Shown: in pieces, positions 52,591-59,367 of the stretch
Position numbering within the stretch: position 1 is the first letter of the stretch
How the letters are laid out: every line of letters starts with the position of its first letter
Source: a virus
Taxonomy: Duplodnaviria > Caudoviricetes
DNA length: 59,367 nt
IMG/VR virus record: IMGVR_UViG_3300037244_000010
Location: 1-59,367 of that record
Reading direction: 5' to 3' (one strand)
The notes under the pieces: model-generated
Seen by the model: the letters and a program-made list of their open reading frames with translations, nothing else
Databases searched by the model: none
What the model was told of the DNA's origin: nothing
Translations under genes and position numbers: made by a program

Positions 52591-53283
52591 TCAATCCGTG
52601 TTGTGGTTCAGGTGGTAGGCGGCCAGTTCGCGGGGTCCTGATGTTGCCGGCTTTCCGCTCGATGGCGGAGTCTCGAACGGAATGTCGTCTTGGGCATTCG
52701 GGTCAAGCTCTGGTTCGCCCTCGCCCTCGCCCTCTTCAGGACTCTCGGCATCTTCCGTATCGTCGTCCACCAGTTCCGTCTCATCGGCCGTTGCGAACGC
52801 CAGCTTCGATTCCGAGTTGGAATACACCGTTTCGATGTAGAAGTCTTTGTGCAAGTGGATCGCTGCCCATTCCATCATCTCTTTGGTGAACGGGACATAG
52901 ATTGCCAGATGCAGGTTGACTTCCTTCTTCTCGCCTTCTCCCACCGTTGCCAGATACAGCTTCATGAGCTTGGCGCCGGTTGTCGATACCCAGTGGTCTT
53001 TGCTGGTGTCGGTTGAGAAGATGTCCAGCGTCATGCCTTCGATCTCAACATTGATCGCCGAACGCTCCGTCTTAGAGTCGTTCTTCGCCATGAGGCCGAA
53101 CGGTTCGCCGATCTCGTCGTTCATGCCGATGAGAGACTGGTTGAGCAACGGGAGTCGCATGTCGAGCTTAATCGTTGAGATCCCGGCACGATTGCAATGC
53201 TGAATCCACTGGATGAGGAAGCATTTGCGACGATGGCCTTCAAAGAACGTTGCCAGTTTCGTGGGTTGCACTTTTGCTGCCAT
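52591..53283 (-). CDS. Hypothetical protein with acidic tail
   Basis: GAGGTG RBS; acidic C-terminal region containing DDIPF. Confidence 0.7.
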   Translation of the reverse strand: MAAKVQPTKLATFFEGHRRKCFLIQWIQHCNRAGISTIKLDMRLPLLNQSLIGMNDEIGEPFGLMAKNDSKTERSAINVEIEGMTLDIFSTDTSKDHWVSTTGAKLMKLYLATVGEGEKKEVNLHLAIYVPFTKEMMEWAAIHLHKDFYIETVYSNSESKLAFATADETELVDDDTEDAESPEEGEGEGEPELDPNAQDDIPFETPPSSGKPATSGPRELAAYHLNHNTD

Positions 53284-53300
53284 GAATCACCTCTCCTTGG

Positions 53301-53831
53301 TTAAAACTCTGGAAGTTCGGCGAAGTATATAGCCTCTTGCTTCGCGGGTTTCTTGACGCCCTTCGCATCCTTTCGAGGAAAATTACGAAGCATATTCCCG
53401 ATGCCGCCGTTCCTCATCACGCCTTCCAATCGCTGCCGGAACGGGGACCCAGGGCCTTGCATGAACTTGACGATCTCCACATACTCATCGTGGGTAAAGT
53501 CGCCTTTACTGCCGTTGCACTTGCGGCAGATGACTTGCTTGTTACTGAGTTCAGGACCACCATCCCGCCGTTTTGGAGTCTTGTGGTCTAACTCCATGCT
53601 GAGGATGTCAATCGGCGCGCCACAATAGGGGCAAAGGATCACCCCGAGTTGAATCTGTGTCCAGAGCCACTTCCCGAATTGTGCTTGCGTGTAGGGCAGG
53701 ATTTCGTCCAGGGCAACATCAAGCACGAATCCTGCCTTAGTGGCTTGCTTTTCGAGTTCCCTGCGCCACCACTTACGCTCATCGTTGTAGAGTTGCGCTA
53801 CACGCTTTTGGTACTGCTTCATGTCGATCAT
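53301..53831 (-). CDS. HNH endonuclease
   Basis: CPYCG..LDHKTP..GG..SN..CRKCNGSKG. Confidence 0.85.
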   Translation of the reverse strand: MIDMKQYQKRVAQLYNDERKWWRRELEKQATKAGFVLDVALDEILPYTQAQFGKWLWTQIQLGVILCPYCGAPIDILSMELDHKTPKRRDGGPELSNKQVICRKCNGSKGDFTHDEYVEIVKFMQGPGSPFRQRLEGVMRNGGIGNMLRNFPRKDAKGVKKPAKQEAIYFAELPEF

Positions 53832-54232
53832 AGGGTCCACAATGTGCTTTCGTTGACTTCGAAGAATCCAAGTGCGCCCTTGAATGGGATAGGACGCCCA
53901 AACTCCATGGGATCGTCTAGTACGAATCCATGCTTGCCTTGAAAGAATGCGCTCGGGTGCTTTGTCACACAATCGGTGATGACCACTGATCCTACAAGGC
54001 ACCCTCCGGCGGCTTTCATCACGTCCAGGTCAACATCTGGAAGCTTGATTCCGTCATCTGCGGCCATGTCGTAAATGTCATCCAGATCGCAGTTGATCTC
54101 GTCTTTCTTCCAGAACTTGCTGGCATGGAGAAAGACGCGACCGCGGACGTTGGTATACCAATCCCGGTTCTCAATTGGCTTACCGTGGAGGATGGCCCAC
54201 CACCACGGGGCGCGCACACTTAGAGCTTTCAT
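53828..54232 (-). CDS. ASCH domain protein
   Basis: KALSVRAPWWWAILHGKPIENRDW..RG....HAS..PIPFKGALGFF. Confidence 0.9.
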   Translation of the reverse strand: MKALSVRAPWWWAILHGKPIENRDWYTNVRGRVFLHASKFWKKDEINCDLDDIYDMAADDGIKLPDVDLDVMKAAGGCLVGSVVITDCVTKHPSAFFQGKHGFVLDDPMEFGRPIPFKGALGFFEVNESTLWTL

Positions 54233-56151
54233 GACAGTCTCTCAACCTTCCCTTTCTCCACCAGGTAGAACCCGACTCCCTCTTGCTTCGGAGCCTCACG
54301 CCGCTTGTCAGCGACAAAGATGAAAGCCTTCTCCAACAGTCCGGTATCGAGTAGATGCTTGACCCCGGCGAAGAGCTTGCCGCGGTGAGCATCGATCAGA
54401 ATATCGGCCTTGTCAATGAGGACCATCTTGATCTTGGAATAGACGGCGATAGCACACTGGAGAGCCACCAGGAACCGGAACAACTCGGACCCGCTCAGCT
54501 CCTTGACAGGCAGCGTCTTCGGTGTAGTCTCCGGCGTCACCACGTCGAAACTGTAGGGCTCAAAGGAGAGCGTTGCTGAGTATCCCCACCAATTCAGGAC
54601 ACGATTCACAGACTCATTGAACCCGCCGATGTGCTTCTGTAGAAGAGTGGCCTTGATGCCTTTGGGGCCAAAGTGCTCGCACAGTGTTTCCAGTTCGTCC
54701 ACATCGTTCTTTTTGTCCTGCCATTGCTTTGTAGCCGTCTCGATCTGCTTCAGCGTTGACTCGTACTGGACTGCCGGCGCCAGCCGCGCTTCCCACTCGC
54801 TAATTTCGGTATTGACGGCATCGATTGCTGTCGTATCGACCGGCTCGGACTCGGAAGCCTTGGCGGTTTCCAAAGCGGCCTTGGCATCTCCGCTTTGCTT
54901 TTCCAGTGTGGCGATGCGTTCGGTGGTTTCGGTGACCTTCTTGACCTGCTCCAGCTTCGCCGCGACAGCCTTCTCCTGCTTCTGTATGGCATCCTCGGCC
55001 GCCTTGATGTCGCCAAGCGCTTTCTGCTGCTGGATGAGTTGCGCGCGGCTCTCAGTAAGTTCCAGTTCGTGCCCTTTGTGCTCGGCAATCTTAGCGGCGA
55101 TGAACTCGGGCTTGATGACTTGCTTGCATGTCGGGCAGAGGCAATCGTCCCGAAGACCTTCGTAAATCTCCTGGGCATCCTTCATATCCTGAATCTCGCC
55201 GGCAAAGGCATCGATGGCCGTCTGGAGGGTGGCGAAGGCTGAGCGCTGGCCGGCAATCTGCTTGAGACTGGCAAGCGCCGCGCCATCCACCATCTCGGCC
55301 TCAATCTCGCCACGCTTGGCAATGGCCGCCGTGCGCTCGGAGAATGCCGCAGTGAGCTTTTCCGCTACCTGCTCCAGCTCCCGTTCAAGCCGTCCAGTTT
55401 GCGCTGTGCCGGAGCGCTTGACCTTCTTCGATTCCTGCGAAGCTTTCTCGCGCAAGGCCAGTAGCTTCTGCTGTACCAACTCAGCAGGATACTGAGGCTG
55501 TACCGGCTTCTGCGGGATGTAGATGGCCCCCAGCGCCGCTTTGGCTTGCGTCCTGGCGTTGTAGACGCCGCTGCTCTTGTCACCGAACACCTTGTCAATG
55601 ACGGCAACAGGACTCGCATTCCAGTCGATGACCTTGCCGAGGTGCTTCTCGACCAATGCAACCATCTTCGCGTCGAAGTCGTGATGCGTGGGAAGTACCA
55701 GCGATGCGAGGATAGCGCGCTGATCCGTGCCGGGACGCGTGAAGTATTCCGAGTCCAGGACACAGGAGAACCGCTCTTCACTGCGCTGGAGGTACTGCTC
55801 GAATCCGGCTGCGATTTTCTGACCGTCGCCACCTTGGCCCGCAATCACAACGGAGTCGCGTCCCCTCTTGCCGGGTCCGTAGGTGGTCCTGATTTGGATG
55901 GCTCCCTGCGCCGTTTCCAGCCCAGCGGTGATGATGGCTTTGTCTTCCCCGAGACGGATCTTGTCACGGAAGCCGGAGCCCTTTCCGTCGATGCCGTCGC
56001 ATATCTTGGCAAAGCTGAGTTGGATGGCCTGCGAGAGCTTCGTCTTGCCCTGTGCAAGATCGCCGCGGATAACGTTGAGTGGTTGGTCAAAGTTGATGGT
56101 TTGGTCCACGTATGGGCCGAAGTCCTCAAGATGGATGGTGCTGAGTTTCAT
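54229..56151 (-). CDS. Rad50/SbcC-like SMC-family ATPase
   Basis: Walker A GDLAQGKT, coiled coils with CPTC zinc hook, signature LSGSE, Walker B region LIDKAD. Confidence 0.85.
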   Translation of the reverse strand: MKLSTIHLEDFGPYVDQTINFDQPLNVIRGDLAQGKTKLSQAIQLSFAKICDGIDGKGSGFRDKIRLGEDKAIITAGLETAQGAIQIRTTYGPGKRGRDSVVIAGQGGDGQKIAAGFEQYLQRSEERFSCVLDSEYFTRPGTDQRAILASLVLPTHHDFDAKMVALVEKHLGKVIDWNASPVAVIDKVFGDKSSGVYNARTQAKAALGAIYIPQKPVQPQYPAELVQQKLLALREKASQESKKVKRSGTAQTGRLERELEQVAEKLTAAFSERTAAIAKRGEIEAEMVDGAALASLKQIAGQRSAFATLQTAIDAFAGEIQDMKDAQEIYEGLRDDCLCPTCKQVIKPEFIAAKIAEHKGHELELTESRAQLIQQQKALGDIKAAEDAIQKQEKAVAAKLEQVKKVTETTERIATLEKQSGDAKAALETAKASESEPVDTTAIDAVNTEISEWEARLAPAVQYESTLKQIETATKQWQDKKNDVDELETLCEHFGPKGIKATLLQKHIGGFNESVNRVLNWWGYSATLSFEPYSFDVVTPETTPKTLPVKELSGSELFRFLVALQCAIAVYSKIKMVLIDKADILIDAHRGKLFAGVKHLLDTGLLEKAFIFVADKRREAPKQEGVGFYLVEKGKVERLS

Positions 56152-56177
56152 TGTCGCTCACTTTCTGAAAGGTTGAA

Positions 56178-56357
56178 TCGCGCGGTTGCCGGGCGTTACT
56201 CCGGCTGGTGTTTCGCTGTGTCCACCAAACAAGGCCGATGCACTCTAAGCCGGTAGCACATCGGGAAGCCAATTTGTCTTCCACCGTTGGACTAGACGGT
56301 CATTTTTCCGGTTTTGCGTGTCCCGCCTCTTTCGATGCTCCACGCCGAACCGCGCGA
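56178..56357 (-). ncRNA. Putative tRNA-like structured RNA
   Basis: 10-bp terminal stem, D-arm-like GCGTG/CACGC and T-arm-like GCCGG/CCGGC abutting the 3' stem; fills the whole intergenic gap. Confidence 0.55.
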
Positions 56358-56361
56358 ACTG

Positions 56362-57666
56362 TTAAAACTCCATCGGTTCATCACCGGAAGCGTCCCAAGG
56401 TTTCTTTTCTTCCACTCCGTCATCGACTTCCGCTTCTTTGGTAATCCCGTACTCTACGGCTGTCTTGACGGTTACTAGGTCTTTGATCCTGTTGTGGATG
56501 ATCTCGCGCTTGTTCGCTTTGAGATAGCTCTTGAGTTGCGACCAACCGATGCGGAGGTTGCAGAACCACGGCTGGCTTCCCTTGCGCGGGATGAGGTCTT
56601 TCGGATTTGCGTTGGCCCAGTCCATCAAGGCGTCAAGTATGGGCATTGAGAATCCACCCTTGCCGTCCTGAACGAACAGCGGGGCGATGGTTTCAGTGGA
56701 TTCCTTCGGTCCGTACTTGTAGACCTTTCCGTTGGCATCCTGGGAGTAGATGTCTTCCCCTGTTGCGTCCACCATCTCCTTCAGAATCCTATCGGCCGAT
56801 GCGATGGTCTGCTGTGCTGCCAGCTTCACACTTAGCCAGTCATCTGGCTTGCGGTTGAGGTATGGATTCAGCGGCATCGTTGGGCACTTGTAGGTCAGTG
56901 GGTCCAACATGCAAGGGCAGCAGGTGCATTGCTTGCCGCCGTGGGTCCTGAGCGGTTCGAGATTGGCCACTTTCTCGTGGATGGCAACCTGGCGCGCACG
57001 AACCCGGCGAACCTCGTCCATCAGTGCCGGCACATCGGAGCGGAAGTACTTCTGAGTCTTGGTGCAATTCTGATAGCGGAGGAAGTTCAAACTGAAGTCA
57101 ACCTCATTCACTTCAGGCAGGTGCATCAGGAACGCGAGAGAGTAATCCTTTCCTTGGAAAGTGTCGGCAGGGAACGGACGAGGATGCGTCTTGCTGTCTT
57201 TGATAGCCCCACTCTTGCCGCCGGGAAAGAGGTAAATCTCGTCAATGATTCCGCAGTGCTCGGGCTCTTCTCCGCTTCCCTCAATGCCCCAGATAGGATT
57301 GATCTCGACTCGTTTCCCGTCGTGGTCATAACTCCATGTGGGGCGAAAGTTTATGTCTAGTCCCCAGTGGACCTCAGCACCAGCGAAGTTCTGCCAGTCA
57401 ATCGTCCAGCTCTGACCGTTGTTTTCAACGATGGATGCAACTTCATCCGTAGCCGATGATGTGAGACTTTCCAAGTAGGAGAAGTCAGCAGGAATACGCT
57501 TCTTCGAGCAGTATTCAGCATATGCGGCCCGGATGGCGTGAACGTCCGTACCGCGGTCCCCTGGCTCAGTATCAGGGAACCGCACGCCGTCAATGTGTAC
57601 GAGCCGATAACCCGACTCGCACCCCATCGACTCATAAATGCTTTGACGCAGGGCAGGGACGTTCAT
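56362..57666 (-). CDS. PD-(D/E)XK exonuclease (RecB/Cas4-like)
   Basis: N-terminal C..Y, RGTDVH, GIIDEI..IKDSKT, C-terminal CTCCPC cluster. Confidence 0.75.
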   Translation of the reverse strand: MNVPALRQSIYESMGCESGYRLVHIDGVRFPDTEPGDRGTDVHAIRAAYAEYCSKKRIPADFSYLESLTSSATDEVASIVENNGQSWTIDWQNFAGAEVHWGLDINFRPTWSYDHDGKRVEINPIWGIEGSGEEPEHCGIIDEIYLFPGGKSGAIKDSKTHPRPFPADTFQGKDYSLAFLMHLPEVNEVDFSLNFLRYQNCTKTQKYFRSDVPALMDEVRRVRARQVAIHEKVANLEPLRTHGGKQCTCCPCMLDPLTYKCPTMPLNPYLNRKPDDWLSVKLAAQQTIASADRILKEMVDATGEDIYSQDANGKVYKYGPKESTETIAPLFVQDGKGGFSMPILDALMDWANANPKDLIPRKGSQPWFCNLRIGWSQLKSYLKANKREIIHNRIKDLVTVKTAVEYGITKEAEVDDGVEEKKPWDASGDEPMEF

Positions 57667-57667
57667 G

Positions 57668-57871
57668 CTATCCCTCCACTGTGACGTTGGCCGCTTGCAA
57701 ACCGTTCGGACCTTGCTCGACTTCAAACGAGACCTTCTGGCCTTCCTTGAGTGTCCTGTATCCCTTCATCTGGATAGCGGTGTGGTGAACGAAAAGATCC
57801 TTCTCTCCGTCCTCGCGGGATATAAATCCGTATCCCTTTTGTGCTGAGAACCAGCAAACCGTTCCTTGCAT
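57668..57871 (-). CDS. cspA: Cold-shock protein
   Basis: RNP1 KGYGFI, RNP2 [28 protein letters not shown]. Confidence 0.95.
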   Translation of the reverse strand: MQGTVCWFSAQKGYGFISREDGEKDLFVHHTAIQMKGYRTLKEGQKVSFEVEQGPNGLQAANVTVEG

Positions 57872-57999
57872 GACGTTCCTTTCTGTGTCCTGAAGTTATG
57901 GTGCGCGGGCCGGGAGCGTACACCCTTGCGGATATGGAGCCCAGTATGCACCCGCGCACCTTCCGGCCAGCTTACCCATTGGGGATGGCCGAAACTTGA

Positions 58000-59190
58000 T
58001 TACCAGTTTTCGAATGACGGAGCGGCCGGTGCGCTCTTCTTCGTCTCGACTGTCTTCTCATGCTCAGCAGGACCCGACTGCTTTGCGTCCTGATGTGGCT
58101 CCGGTTCGGCCGACTCGCGGTGAGCGGTCTTCTGCTCCGGCTTGGGATCTTCCTTCTTCGGAGGATCTTCACGCTTGCTGCCGTCGTTGCGCTTCTTGGC
58201 AACTTCACCCTCAAGCCACTCGATCAGTTCCTTGGGGCGGCCGGCATACTTCGCCTTCTTCGTCCTGGCCTGTGCGGGGGTGTATTCGAGTTCCTTCACC
58301 AGCACTTCGATGCGCTCTGCCGATCCGTCGTCTTTGCCTTCACCCTTACTGGCCGCTATCTCTGCCCAAGTGGTGTACTTCTCGCTGATTCCACCGTACA
58401 GGCTTCGCAGTTCATCAAGCTCCGCAGGACTCAAAGCGTTTGTGTGTCCGATGTAGTCGTTCAGTTGAACTGCTGATACTCCAATAGAAGCGAAGGCATC
58501 GAAGATTTGAGTCTTGGCCGCGCCGGGGTTCTCTGCGTCTTTGGCCGCCGCCGTCTCACGAATCTTCGCCTTGCACTCTTCCACCAGCCAGCCGTCAATG
58601 CACTGCATGATGACGTTGCGCCTGGCTTTGGAGTTGAGAGCGTTGCGCTTCACCTGAAGATCATCGTCAGTTGGAACGATAGTGAATGTGGTCTTGCCCT
58701 GGCTGTTCTCGCGACGCCCCAGCACCACGTCAGAGTCTTTCGCGTAACTCCGTTCGATGCGCTTCGGGACAATAACGATCTCGCTGCCGCCGTCGTTGTT
58801 CTGGTAGTCAGTCGCTTCTACCTGATAAATCTGCTGCGTCTCATCCTCGCCGAGGGGAGTAACTTCCACGAAAATGTGACCGTAGCAGCGCTTGGCCATC
58901 TCGGCAAACCTGATCGTCACGCCCTCGATCTTGTTGCCGCCGCGCGGGACTCGATAGATTGCCACGCTCGATCCGTTCTTGCTCATATCGGGAGCGCAGA
59001 AAGACGGCCGGCTGCATTCACGCAGCATCTTCTGGCGAACCACTTCCAGGTCACGCGGTTGACGCAGCGCCATGATGTAGCGGGATTCGATCTTGGCCTT
59101 TTCCCGCTGCTGCACCATAGAGATGCTTTGCTCTTGATACTCAGCCAGTTTGTCAGTGTCCTGAACTTGCAGTGCATTCTGATTGTCCAC
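58000..59190 (-). CDS. Putative recombination/ssDNA-annealing protein
   Basis: Adjacent to exonuclease; A..PRD, YRVPRGG..IEGVTIRFAE, SKARRN motifs; disordered charged tail. Function inferred from context. Confidence 0.55.
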   Translation of the reverse strand: MDNQNALQVQDTDKLAEYQEQSISMVQQREKAKIESRYIMALRQPRDLEVVRQKMLRECSRPSFCAPDMSKNGSSVAIYRVPRGGNKIEGVTIRFAEMAKRCYGHIFVEVTPLGEDETQQIYQVEATDYQNNDGGSEIVIVPKRIERSYAKDSDVVLGRRENSQGKTTFTIVPTDDDLQVKRNALNSKARRNVIMQCIDGWLVEECKAKIRETAAAKDAENPGAAKTQIFDAFASIGVSAVQLNDYIGHTNALSPAELDELRSLYGGISEKYTTWAEIAASKGEGKDDGSAERIEVLVKELEYTPAQARTKKAKYAGRPKELIEWLEGEVAKKRNDGSKREDPPKKEDPKPEQKTAHRESAEPEPHQDAKQSGPAEHEKTVETKKSAPAAPSFENW

Positions 59191-59367
59191 TACTTGCCTT
59201 CTTTCTCAAACGGATATGGGACGATTTTGCGAATGCTCGTGGCCGTCGCCTTCTGGTAGGCTTCATAAGCCGGGGCCTTCGCCTTCTGGTAGGCTTCATA
59301 AGCCGGGGCCGTCGCCTTCTGGTAGGCTTCATAAGCCGGGGCCTTCGCCTTCTGGTAGGCTTCATAA
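59190..59367 (-). CDS. Repeat-containing hypothetical protein, 3' part
   Basis: ...AYEAYQKATATSIRKIVPYPFEKEGK-TAG; stop overlaps the next GTG (TAGTG). Confidence 0.8.
   Translation of the reverse strand, partial: YEAYQKAKAPAYEAYQKATAPAYEAYQKAKAPAYEAYQKATATSIRKIVPYPFEKEGK
59241..59367. repeat. 33-bp tandem repeat (~4 units), same array as the left end
   Basis: Identical unit to 1..340. Confidence 0.97.

Noticed and set aside
52591-53283. Single-stranded DNA-binding protein
   Set aside because: Acidic tail with DDIPF is suggestive, but the motif is not terminal and no OB-fold motifs are recognisable by eye.
56178-56357. Canonical tRNA or tmRNA
   Set aside because: No anticodon arm, T-loop consensus or CCA; too short for tmRNA and no tag ORF. 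Kept only as tRNA-like RNA.
56362-57666. CRISPR-associated cas4
   Set aside because: No cas1/cas2 or array; context is a phage recombination module.
57899-57960. tRNA ending in ACCA upstream of csp
   Set aside because: About 62 nt with no D/T-loop consensus or cloverleaf.
59153-59365. ORF-track protein MKPTRRRRPRL repeats
   Set aside because: Alternative frame of the repeat; the AYEAYQKA frame links a coupled start (511) to a coupled stop (59190).
1-59367. Alternative genetic code or stop-codon recoding
   Set aside because: Core genes are intact under the standard code and end in TAA, TAG and TGA.

Overview
The window is almost certainly a near-complete ~59.4 kb genome of a contractile-tailed (P2/Mu-type baseplate) dsDNA phage. 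The assembly is broken inside a 33-bp coding tandem repeat present at both ends. The DnaB N-terminus resembles Acidobacteriaceae DnaB as I recall it, so the host assignment is an inference. The + strand carries dps, terminase, portal, gpF-like head protein, an accessory block, protease/scaffold, capsid, neck, sheath, tube, chaperones, tape measure, baseplate, fibres, lysis genes and a Strawberry-notch helicase. The - strand carries RNase H, antirepressor, Cro-like HTH, repeat protein, putative recombinase, Csp, PD-(D/E)XK exonuclease, Rad50-like ATPase, ASCH, HNHs, DnaB and a helicase-MTase fusion. No integrase, CRISPR array or canonical tRNA was seen. Best novel signals: (1) three covarying promoter-antiterminator-terminator RNA leaders heading the head, tail and fibre/lysis operons, with a candidate small activator protein; (2) both fibre/adhesin proteins carry Sec signal peptides and no canonical gpH fibre is evident; (3) a C_CCT_TTA -1 frameshift that would fuse portal to the gpF-like protein; (4) genome-wide enrichment of CAGGAC that drops out in two modules; (5) a shared N-terminal leader on putative internal head proteins; (6) a tRNA-like ~180-nt structured RNA. 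All calls come from reading the sequence by eye; no searches were run.
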